From the NCBI GenBank assembly GCA_028874905.1, contig JAPPGZ010000078.1, forward strand, positions 3,595 to 67,594: a stretch of DNA of 64,000 nucleotides, read 5' to 3'. Shown here piece by piece: positions 29,457-37,540 of the stretch. The stretch's first letter is position 1. Every line of letters starts with the position of its first letter. Source of the DNA: Gemmatimonadota bacterium. Lineage in GTDB: Bacteria; Gemmatimonadota; Gemmatimonadetes; Longimicrobiales; Gaopeijiaceae. The notes beneath the pieces were generated by a model. The model saw only the letters and a list, made by a program, of their open reading frames with translations, was not told where the DNA came from and searched no databases. The position numbers and the translations under genes are program-made.

Positions 29457-29472
29457 GTAACCATATGGTTAC
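29457..29472. promoter_or_regulatory. Perfect 16-bp palindrome overlapping the arsR start codon (probable ArsR/SmtB operator)
   Basis: GTAACCATATGGTTAC. The central ATG is the ORF start at 29465. Confidence 0.5.
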
Positions 29473-29845
29473 GTTTTCTTCTCGACTGGATGCGACCTTT
29501 CACGCGCTGGCCGACCCCACGCGCCGGGCGATCCTTGCGCGGCTCGCCGATGGAGAGGCCACGGTCGGTGAACTGGCGGCGCCGTTCGACATCTCGCGTC
29601 CGGCGATTTCCAAACACCTGCGTGTGCTTGAGCGCGCGGGCCTCGTGGATCGGACTCGGGAAGGGCGCACGACCCGTTGTGAACTCGACGCCCGTCCGAT
29701 GAGTGAGGCCGCGGACTGGGTGGGGACTTACCGGACGTTCTGGGAGGTCCAGCTCGCTGCCCTTGCGCGCCTTTTCGAGCCGGAAGCGGCCCCGGGCGCC
29801 GCCCGGAGGGTCAGATGCAGCACCCCGAATGGAGATACCGAATGA
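29465..29845 (+). CDS. ArsR/SmtB family transcriptional regulator
   Basis: HALADPTRRAILARLADGEATVGELAAPFDISRPAISKHLRVLERAGLV is the canonical winged-HTH signature. Confidence 0.9.
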   Translation: MVTFSSRLDATFHALADPTRRAILARLADGEATVGELAAPFDISRPAISKHLRVLERAGLVDRTREGRTTRCELDARPMSEAADWVGTYRTFWEVQLAALARLFEPEAAPGAARRVRCSTPNGDTE

Positions 29846-30294
29846 CGAGCGACCCCGAAGGAACCCTGCGAGTCTCGAGAGTGATTCCGGCTGACCCGGA
29901 GGCGGTGTTCCGCGCCTGGACCCACCCGGATCTGATCCCGCGATGGCACGGCCCGCCCGGCGGGAGGATACTCGACGTGCAACTCGATCTCGTGGAGGGC
30001 GGAGCGTTCAGCCTGCGCATGGAGGGGGCAGACGGAAGACTCTACCATGTATTCGGAGTGTACCAGGAGGTCACAGCCCCGCGACGGCTGGTCTACACCT
30101 GGGACGTGGAAGGCGCGGACGACTGGGTGGGCGAGACCCTGGTGACAGTCGAATTCCTGCGCGAAGGTGAGTCGACGCGGGTGGTCATCACCCACGAGGG
30201 ATTCCCCACGGCCAGGGATACCGAAGGCCCTCGCGGCGGCTGGATCGGTTGCCTGGATCAGCTGGAAGGCGTGTTCGCCTACGGCTCCCGGTAG
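29842..30294 (+). CDS. SRPBCC (Aha1/activator of Hsp90 ATPase-like) domain protein
   Basis: VSRVIPADPEAVFRAWTHPDLIPRWHGP... is the usual ArsR-linked SRPBCC pattern. ATG 29842 overlaps the arsR stop by 4 nt. Confidence 0.8.
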   Translation: MTSDPEGTLRVSRVIPADPEAVFRAWTHPDLIPRWHGPPGGRILDVQLDLVEGGAFSLRMEGADGRLYHVFGVYQEVTAPRRLVYTWDVEGADDWVGETLVTVEFLREGESTRVVITHEGFPTARDTEGPRGGWIGCLDQLEGVFAYGSR

Positions 30295-30560
30295 AAGTCG
30301 ATCCTGCAGCGCAACGGGCCCTCAAGGGCGACCCTGTGAGGCAGGCCCGGCCGGATCGTGACGCGGTTCGGTGCCGAGATCAACTGCTCATCGCCGGTCT
30401 CGAGGTTCACGAATCGCAGGCTGCCCTCAAGCACGTGCACCACTGCCCAGTGTCCGGACGCGAGGGTGTGCTCGGTCTGGAGGGCGTCCGGTATCGTGTC
30501 CTGTGTGAAGACTGGGGACGTTCCGCCTGGTAGGAGTCCGTCGAGTAGGTGGTTGGTCAT
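30279..30560 (-). CDS. DUF1971 (TehB C-terminal-like) domain protein
   Basis: FTQDTIPDALQTEHTLASGHWAVVHVLEGSLRF pattern. About 93 aa, as is typical for the family. Confidence 0.65.
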   Translation of the reverse strand: MTNHLLDGLLPGGTSPVFTQDTIPDALQTEHTLASGHWAVVHVLEGSLRFVNLETGDEQLISAPNRVTIRPGLPHRVALEGPLRCRIDFYREP

Positions 30561-30609
30561 GGCGGGTGGGAAACCCCGGTTGACACGACCAATGGGTTAG
30601 TCAACTCGC

Positions 30610-31719
30610 TCAGCTCTTCCGAGCACTCTCCAGCAGTTCCGCACCCGTCTCGCATTCGATGATCCGCTCGCCGATGCGGGCGATGCGCTCCGGATCGGCG
30701 ATTCCGTCCAGCAACTGCAAGAGACGCTCGGCCGTCTCCGGCCCGAACTTGAGCCTCGCCTGCCGGCAGACCATTGTGGCACGGCCTTCGGTGCGGCCCT
30801 CCGCGCGCCCCTCCATACGCGCACGCTTCCTTCTCTCGCGGTATTGCTCCTTCAGTTCCTCCACCCCCGCATAAATCATCTCCGCCTCCTTCAGCGACTT
30901 CACCTCTCCCAGCACCTCTTCTTCGATCCCCCACGACTCGGCCGCTCCCAGCACCCATTCCCGGAACGCCTCGCGCAGTCTCGCGTGCTCTGCTCCGGGA
31001 TATCGCTCCAGCACCCGCTGAACGACGTGCGACACGTTGTCGGGCGAGGGGTCCAACTCCAGGCTCGCAATCCATGACACCACGTTCGCCTTTGGTAGAG
31101 GTTGGCGCGCCCGCTCGCGCAGGTCAAGGACCTCGTGGCGCAGCCTCGGTTGGCGCTTGACGAGCCACCCGCGCACTGGCTCGATCAGCTCGGTGATGTC
31201 CTGTGCAGCTGTCCAGCGGGACCGACCGTTGTAGATGGTCACCGCGAGTGTGGGCGGCAGCCGCCCGCCGGGGGCCAGCTCTCGCCGATCCGGCCCGGTT
31301 GCGGTCATGGCGTGGTAAGCGGCTACGACGTAGTGGTGGACGCGCACCGCCATGTACCGGTTGACGGCCGATTGGAACTCGATCGCGAGGAGCAGATGTC
31401 GGTGGCTTCCCCGGAAGCGGATCTTCCAGATGAGATCGGCTTGGGAGCGGACTAGCCCGGCCTTGATCTGTTCGGTCGCAAGGATTTCGACCCGCTTGAA
31501 ATCGAGTTCGTCGGCCAGGGCGGCATCGAGGAAGTGCCGGATCAGCTGGTCGACGGCCAAGGGGATGGAGAACAGCAGCTTGTAGGACTGGTCGTGTCTT
31601 CGGAACACCGCGTCCTCATAGTCGGGGAGGCCGTGGGGGGTCGGCGGTCTCGGATCCGCCGTGGAGCCGGGTGGAATGCCCCGCCGATAAGGCTCGCACC
31701 AGACCTGGGGCGGTTCCAT
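30610..31719 (-). CDS. Rpn family recombination-promoting nuclease/putative transposase, copy 2
   Basis: HDQSYKLLF, ADLIWKIRF..HLLLAIEFQS, VTIYNGRSRW. C-terminal ARLKFGPE...GERIIECETGAEL tail. Confidence 0.8.
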   Translation of the reverse strand: MEPPQVWCEPYRRGIPPGSTADPRPPTPHGLPDYEDAVFRRHDQSYKLLFSIPLAVDQLIRHFLDAALADELDFKRVEILATEQIKAGLVRSQADLIWKIRFRGSHRHLLLAIEFQSAVNRYMAVRVHHYVVAAYHAMTATGPDRRELAPGGRLPPTLAVTIYNGRSRWTAAQDITELIEPVRGWLVKRQPRLRHEVLDLRERARQPLPKANVVSWIASLELDPSPDNVSHVVQRVLERYPGAEHARLREAFREWVLGAAESWGIEEEVLGEVKSLKEAEMIYAGVEELKEQYRERRKRARMEGRAEGRTEGRATMVCRQARLKFGPETAERLLQLLDGIADPERIARIGERIIECETGAELLESARKS

Positions 31720-31743
31720 AGTGATTTGGGACCAGGGAGCTAG

Positions 31744-32597
31744 TCACCCCCCAATCACCCCCAACATCTCCTCATGAATCAGCCGCCAGTCCCGACCCAG
31801 ATCGACCGTCCGGGCCTGAATCCGGAATCCCTCGAGCCACACCTCGGCCCTCAGCGCCTCCTCGCCCACCTGCGGATACAGCAGGATCCCTCGTGCTTCG
31901 CCCCGTCCGGCCGGTTGGCCTGGCGGTTCCGCAGGTACGCGAGCAGTTGGTAGAGGTTGCCCGAGTGCAGCTTGCCGGTGCCGGAGCCGCGTCCGCGGGC
32001 GAGCGCGTCCAGGTAGAACTTCGTGTCCAGGATGATGCGGCGCTCTGGTGATTCGAGGATGACGTCCGCTTCCATGACGGGGATCCGTGCGCGATTGGCG
32101 GCGTCCGTGGCGTCGGCGCCCGTCCAGGCGATCCGGCGGCGGCCTCCCGGATTGACCACGTAGACTCGCTGCTCGCGCTCGTAGAATCCCGTGACGAAGT
32201 CCTCGAAGAGCCTCCACATGGTGGCCTTGTCGCGGCGGAAGTCGCGGAAGGCGGTGTGGCCGGTCTTCTCGTCGACCATCGCGCTCCGGTGGAGGAGCCA
32301 GCACACCGAGAGCAGGTGATGGTAGACCCGGCGCTGGCCTCCGAGCTGGACCTGGCCGAAGGTGTTCCTCTTCAGCCGGACGCGCGACACGCCGTCGAGC
32401 CTCCGGTACGCGGAGCGCACCTCGCCGCGGATGGACCTGTCCAGCGGGATCCGGGGGCTCAGCAGGCTGCGGAGCGATGTGCGCAGGATGCGGTTGGGCA
32501 GGATGTCCACCGACAGCTCCTCGAAATCGCACGCGGCCCGGGCCCGCGACCGCAGCGCCCGTTTCGCCGTCTCGCTGACCGCCAGCTGCTAGTCCCG
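31744..32597 (-). pseudogene. mcrC: mcrC relic: 5'-truncated and frameshifted
   Basis: Two overlapping frames together align with residues ~80-369 of the intact McrC at 34972-36081 (ILPNRIL..; MEADVILESPERRIILDTKFY; NLYQLLAYL; then, in another frame, ILLYPQVGE..VDLGRDWRLIHEEMLGVIGG). Frame switch near 31897. An upstream stop at ~32598 removes the N-terminus. Confidence 0.75.
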
Positions 32598-32731
32598 GTC
32601 GGACTCCTGCTCTAGTTTGCGAGGCTGTAGTCAGTGTGGTGGGGTGGAAGAGGAACTTTATGACTTAGTCAGGACCGTGTATCCACCCACGGGCACGGCA
32701 CCTTAGCCGCAAAATCACAGAAGCGAAACAA

Positions 32732-34975
32732 ATGCCCAAACCATCACCCGGCCACCCCGTACTCCGCGCAGCCCGACTCTGGCGCGATCGCTGCCTTCTG
32801 GACGGCGGATCCGTATTCACCGAGAAGTCGCTCTGGACGTCGGACAATGTCGACTACCTGGTGCGCGACTACGCAGAGAATCTGGATTACGGCGAGGGCG
32901 GTTTCTTCCAGAAGCTGAAGAACCAATTGGCCGGGTCGCCCGCCAGCGCCAAGCAATTGGCGGCGGAGATGTTCTGGGTGATGTACCTGTTCTGCACTCG
33001 AGCGTCGATGCAGCCGGGGACCAAACGCCGGCAGATTCGCCAGGTCTGGGAGTGGTCGCGTGACCCACTTCCCGATGCCCCGTTTGAGCTCGATGTGGCA
33101 CTCCAGGACGGCGTCGGCAATCCCGGCACGGCCTTCAACACGCATCGGTGGAGGGAATTCCTCTTCTTCATCCTCGCGATGAGGGCGTGGACGGCGTTGT
33201 CGAAGCCGCAACGCGAAGCCCTGCTTTCGGATCCATGGAATCTCGCGGAGTGGCTGAAGGAACAGGACGAGACCCGCACCCGCCAGCTGCGGCACATGCT
33301 GTTGTATCTTCTCTTCCCCGATCACTTCGAGCCGTACGCAACGGCGTCTCAGAAGAGGATCATCCTGCGCGAGTTCACGAAGGAGTTCGGGGAAGATCCG
33401 AACCAGTTCGACTACAACGACAGAATCACCGTCGATCGGCAGCTGCTTGTCGTCCGCGAGACGCTCAAAGAAAAGGGTGCCTCGGAGGACTTCGATTTCC
33501 ACGACCCACCCTATCTGAAGGTCTGGCGGCCAGGTTCGGAAGAAGGGGACGGTGAAGCCGATCTGCCGTCTCAGGAAGAGGCCGCAAAATGGTACCAGGA
33601 GAAGTTCGGGAAGGCTCGCGTGTGGGCGTTCGCGGCGGGTGCCGGCGCGCGATACTGGGATGAGTTTCGGGAGAAGGGGATCATCGCGATCGGATGGGAC
33701 CAACTAGGAGATCTCCGTGAGTTCGACAATAGGGCAGGCATCCACGAAGAACTCCGTGACATCCTCGACAAGCCGAATCCGCTCAATGACTCGCTCGCAT
33801 GCTATCAGTTCGCCCACGAGATGCGGCGCGGGGACTATGTGCTCGTCAAGCAGGGGCGCACGTTGTTGTTGGGCTACGGGGTAATCGAATCCGACTACGA
33901 GTTTGACGAGAGCCGTCCCGAATTCCGACATACACGGGGCGTTAAGTGGGACAAGGTGGGTCGTTGGCGGTTTTCGAAGGAGCGTGCCATGACCACCAAG
34001 ACCCTCACCGACTTCAGTTACAGCAAGCAGTGGCTTCATTTCGCCTTCCAACTCATGGAGGAAGGGGCGGACCCACTCCCGCCTCCTCAACCGCCCGACC
34101 AACCGTACACTCGCAAGGAAGCCCTGAAGGATCTCTTCCTTTCCGAAGCTGATTTCGACCACATCATCGAGGCCCTCGAACGCAAGAAGAACGTCGTCCT
34201 CGAGGGCCCTCCCGGGGTGGGGAAGACCTTCATCGCCAAGCGACTGGCCTACCGGGTCATTGGATACAAGGCTCCCGAGAGGGTGCGGATGATCCAGTTC
34301 CACCAGAGCTACGCGTACGAGGATTTCATCCAGGGGTACAGGCCGACGGACGATGGCGGATTCGAGCTGCGCGACGGAGTGTTCCATACGTTCTGCCGGG
34401 AGGCTGCGGCGAATCCCAAAGACCGGTACGTTTTCATCATCGACGAGGTCAACCGCGGGAATCTCAGCAAGATCTTCGGTGAGCTGATGATGCTCATCGA
34501 GGCCGACAAGCGGGGTGCCGAATACGCCGTCCCGCTTACGTATTCTCCTAGCGCCGACCCATTCCACGTTCCCCCGAACCTCTATCTCCTCGGGATGATG
34601 AACACGGCCGACCGGTCATTGGCGATGGTGGACTACGCGCTACGGCGCCGGTTCGCGTTCACCCGCCTGCTACCTGCCTTCGCGACCGATCAATTCAGCG
34701 ATTTCCTCCACAAGCATGAAGTGGACGAGGATCTGGTCAACAAGATTGTCGACCGGCTGTCGGCGCTGAACGAGCGAATCCGCGCCGACCGCAAGAACCT
34801 CGGGCCGGGCTTCGAGATCGGACACAGCTTCTTCTGCCCGGGCGACGACGACGAGGGACTCGATGATTCCTGGTACGAAGCGATCGTCCGGCGGGAGATT
34901 GAGCCCCTGCTACGGGAATACTGGTTCGACCGCCCCGAGCACGTTGAGGAGCAAATCCGAGTGCTGCTGGCGTGA
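32732..34975 (+). CDS. mcrB: McrB-family AAA+ GTPase with ~480-aa N-terminal extension
   Basis: Walker A GPPGVGKTF, Walker B FIIDEVNRGN, McrB signature MMNTADRS and ALRRRF. N-terminal region holds an unassigned ~290-aa domain plus a PUA-like-looking segment (IIAIGWDQLGDL...GDYVLVKQGRTLLLGYGVIESDYEF...HTRGVKW). Confidence 0.9.
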   Translation: MPKPSPGHPVLRAARLWRDRCLLDGGSVFTEKSLWTSDNVDYLVRDYAENLDYGEGGFFQKLKNQLAGSPASAKQLAAEMFWVMYLFCTRASMQPGTKRRQIRQVWEWSRDPLPDAPFELDVALQDGVGNPGTAFNTHRWREFLFFILAMRAWTALSKPQREALLSDPWNLAEWLKEQDETRTRQLRHMLLYLLFPDHFEPYATASQKRIILREFTKEFGEDPNQFDYNDRITVDRQLLVVRETLKEKGASEDFDFHDPPYLKVWRPGSEEGDGEADLPSQEEAAKWYQEKFGKARVWAFAAGAGARYWDEFREKGIIAIGWDQLGDLREFDNRAGIHEELRDILDKPNPLNDSLACYQFAHEMRRGDYVLVKQGRTLLLGYGVIESDYEFDESRPEFRHTRGVKWDKVGRWRFSKERAMTTKTLTDFSYSKQWLHFAFQLMEEGADPLPPPQPPDQPYTRKEALKDLFLSEADFDHIIEALERKKNVVLEGPPGVGKTFIAKRLAYRVIGYKAPERVRMIQFHQSYAYEDFIQGYRPTDDGGFELRDGVFHTFCREAAANPKDRYVFIIDEVNRGNLSKIFGELMMLIEADKRGAEYAVPLTYSPSADPFHVPPNLYLLGMMNTADRSLAMVDYALRRRFAFTRLLPAFATDQFSDFLHKHEVDEDLVNKIVDRLSALNERIRADRKNLGPGFEIGHSFFCPGDDDEGLDDSWYEAIVRREIEPLLREYWFDRPEHVEEQIRVLLA

Positions 34976-36081
34976 AGATCCCGGTCCGCAACATCTACTA
35001 TCTCCTCTGTTACGCGTGGGACCATGTGAGGGAAGGGGAAACGGTCGATGTCGGATCCGAGCAGTTCGGGGGGCTGGTCGACCTGTTCGCCAAGGTGCTG
35101 AACGATGGCGTGTCGCGGCTTGTTTCGCGCGGCCTCGATCGCGACTACCTCGTCGTCCACGAGGACGTCAGGGGGCTCAAGGGGAAGCTCGATTTCGCGA
35201 CCACGATCAAAAGGAACCTGCTCCTCAACGGCAAGACCCACTGCGCCTTCGACGAATTGAGCTATGATGTGCCGCAGAACCAGATCCTGAAGGCGACGCT
35301 ACGCGGCCTGGCTATGGTCGCCGCCGTCGACCCGGCCCTGCGACGGCATACCGAGCGCCTGTACCGAAAGCTGGACGCGGTCTCCGATGTCCCTCTGACC
35401 ACGAGTCTGTTCCGCACCGTCCGGGTCCACCGGAACAATCGGTTCTACAGCTTCCTCCTGCACCTTTGCCGCGTCATCCACGAGAATCTCCTGGTGAATC
35501 AGGAGGAGGGGACGGCTGAGTTCAACGACTTCCGTGAGGATGAGCACCAGATGGGGCTGCTCTTTGAGCAGTTCGTGAGGACCTTCTGTGAGCGCGAGAC
35601 CGACTACAAGGTGAGCGCGCCGAAGATCGACTGGTTCGGCGCGGAAGCTAGCGAGACCGATCTGCGGCACCTGCCCCGGATGCAGACGGACATCGTGCTG
35701 CGGTCGCCAACGCGTGCGATCATCCTGGACACCAAGTTCTACAAGAATCCGCTGGACAGGAGATGGGAGGGGGAGCGGGTGAACGCGGGGAACCTCTACC
35801 AGATCTTCTCGTACGTGACGAACTGGACGGCGAGGGCAGAGGCGGGCGAGCCCGAACCGGAGGGGTGGCTACTGTATGCGGCGGTGGATGGTAGGTTCGA
35901 CTATCGGTTCGAGCTGATGGGGAAGCCGGTGCGAGTGTGCTCGGTGGATCTGGGACAGGAGTGGAGAGGGATTGAGGAGGAGCTGAAGGGGTTGGTGGGG
36001 GGTCCGGCCGTGAGCACAGCCACACGGAGTGTAATGTCTACACAACAAAGGGTGACGTTTCGGGCGACGCCAACGAGATGA
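34972..36081 (+). CDS. mcrC: McrC (PD-(D/E)xK nuclease subunit of McrBC)
   Basis: N-terminal NIYYLLCYAW and nuclease core MQTDIVLRSPTRAIILDTKFYK..NLYQIFSY. 4-nt overlap with mcrB. Confidence 0.9.
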   Translation: MKIPVRNIYYLLCYAWDHVREGETVDVGSEQFGGLVDLFAKVLNDGVSRLVSRGLDRDYLVVHEDVRGLKGKLDFATTIKRNLLLNGKTHCAFDELSYDVPQNQILKATLRGLAMVAAVDPALRRHTERLYRKLDAVSDVPLTTSLFRTVRVHRNNRFYSFLLHLCRVIHENLLVNQEEGTAEFNDFREDEHQMGLLFEQFVRTFCERETDYKVSAPKIDWFGAEASETDLRHLPRMQTDIVLRSPTRAIILDTKFYKNPLDRRWEGERVNAGNLYQIFSYVTNWTARAEAGEPEPEGWLLYAAVDGRFDYRFELMGKPVRVCSVDLGQEWRGIEEELKGLVGGPAVSTATRSVMSTQQRVTFRATPTR

Positions 36082-37130
36082 GGAGACAGAATGGGATGAA
36101 GATGTTCATAGTCTTGGATTCCAACATGTGGATATCGCAGGTCGGACTTCAATCCCAAAACGGAGCCGCCGTTCGACACTTTGTCAAGCGACGTAAAGCT
36201 ATCATGGTAATACCGGAAGTAGTGGAACTTGAAGTCAGGTACGTGCTCACTGAACAAATGCTCGGCAAGAGAAAAGCAGTTGAGACCAACTACCGGCAGC
36301 TATTGCCAATAATGGGAAGTCTGCGAACTCTCGATTTACCCTCTGAAGATGACATCCGCGACGCAGTTGCTGCTCGTATCCTTAATCTCGATGTTCCGAC
36401 CCGTCGGGTGTCCCTTAACCTCGACGTGTCCCGGGCGTCGATGCTGAAAGTCATAGAGAAGCATTCGCCTTCCAAATCCAAGGAACAGTTCCGAGATGGC
36501 GTTATATGGGGTCATTGCTTGGACCTACTAGATGAGGGGAACGTGTATCTCATAACGAAGGATAAAGACTTCTACGAGAGGCGAAACTACAACGAGGGCT
36601 TGGCATCCGAATTGGTTGATGAAATGAGGGCACGCGGTACTAGGGGAGAGGTGAAGCTGCTCCGGGACCTGACTGACCTGCTACAGGAGATCCGCGTCAC
36701 GGTCAATCTAGACGATGGTGAGATCTTTCAGGTCGTCCGGGATGGACAAGGCGAGACGATAGATGAATTGCTGGTTGCGCACGGCTTTGGCTTGGTGGGT
36801 GAGGTCCGAGGTGAGGTGCAGTACTTCGCGACGGAAAAGGCTAGTGAGATCTACTTCAGGTTCCAGTTTTCACATCCTTGTGAGGACGTCATCGGGGCTG
36901 GTCGTCGCGCTGGGGTATTGAACCTCAAGGGATTCGGATTCCTCGATTTGGATACCAAGATGGCGATTGAGGTGAGCTTGTCAAACCTGCTGTTGGACTA
37001 TCCTGATTGGGTTGCCGATGGATCGTCGAGGGGTGCCGTGTTCTTGTCGGCGCATGTCAACGCACCGCTGGTTCACGAGATTCGGCTGCCGCTCTCCACC
37101 GCGAAAGGTAAGGAGGACGAGCCGCAGTGA
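36078..37130 (+). CDS. PIN-like (DUF4935-type) domain protein
   Basis: FIVLDSNMW, PEVVELEV, FRDGVIW and LITKDKDF give the D-E-D-D acidic pattern of a PIN-like fold. ATGA overlap with the mcrC stop; in-frame ATGs at 36096/36102 follow an AGGAG. Visibly lower GC than mcrBC. Confidence 0.55.
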   Translation: MRRQNGMKMFIVLDSNMWISQVGLQSQNGAAVRHFVKRRKAIMVIPEVVELEVRYVLTEQMLGKRKAVETNYRQLLPIMGSLRTLDLPSEDDIRDAVAARILNLDVPTRRVSLNLDVSRASMLKVIEKHSPSKSKEQFRDGVIWGHCLDLLDEGNVYLITKDKDFYERRNYNEGLASELVDEMRARGTRGEVKLLRDLTDLLQEIRVTVNLDDGEIFQVVRDGQGETIDELLVAHGFGLVGEVRGEVQYFATEKASEIYFRFQFSHPCEDVIGAGRRAGVLNLKGFGFLDLDTKMAIEVSLSNLLLDYPDWVADGSSRGAVFLSAHVNAPLVHEIRLPLSTAKGKEDEPQ

Positions 37131-37182
37131 GAGGGACGAAGCCGACTTGCGAATCGCTGAACGAAGTGTACAAGTACGGCAA

Positions 37183-37452
37183 TCACCTGACACCCGGCCT
37201 CGCAGAGGTCAGTGCTACGCGGCGCCTTACCTGCTTTTTGGCCGAGGGCTTCCAAGCGCGCGGCTTCCGCGGTGTTCCGGTGTTGAAGGCCTTGTAGGGT
37301 GTCCGCCCTGGCATCCCGCGGCGGCGGTGAGGCCGACGGGTGTTGTGGGTCTCAATACAGCCGCCCAAGTCGGTCCGCACCTTCTCGGCGGTGGGTGCGT
37401 GCCACCGTAGACGTAGTGGCATTCTCGTACACGGGTATCCCTTGCCCAACAC
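37183..37452 (-). mobile_element. Relic of an IS481/IS3-type DDE transposase (C-terminal ~60 codons only)
   Basis: ...DLGGCIETHNTRRPHRRRGMPGRTPYKAF resembles the conserved YN..RPH..L.G.TP tail of integrase-core transposases. No catalytic core or terminal repeats present. Confidence 0.45.
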
Positions 37453-37480
37453 CGCTCAACCTGCTATCTTCTGGGAACGC

Positions 37481-37501
37481 AATGTGACATTCTGTCACAT
37501 T
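37481..37501. promoter_or_regulatory. Perfect 9-3-9 inverted repeat upstream of dcm (candidate operator for the methyltransferase HTH)
   Basis: AATGTGACA-ttc-TGTCACATT ends 39 nt upstream of the ATG at 37541. Confidence 0.55.
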
Positions 37502-37540
37502 GCCGACAGGGCTGCGGAAGATGAGGAAAGGACGGGCGAC

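Noticed and set aside
24591-32671. Interpreting the GTTGAC/GTCAAC and TGACTTAGTCA motifs as att sites or IS terminal repeats
   Set aside because: The copies are short and imperfect, and TTGACA is also simply a -35-like hexamer. Without empty-site comparisons this cannot be called a mobile-element boundary, so it is reported only as an observation.
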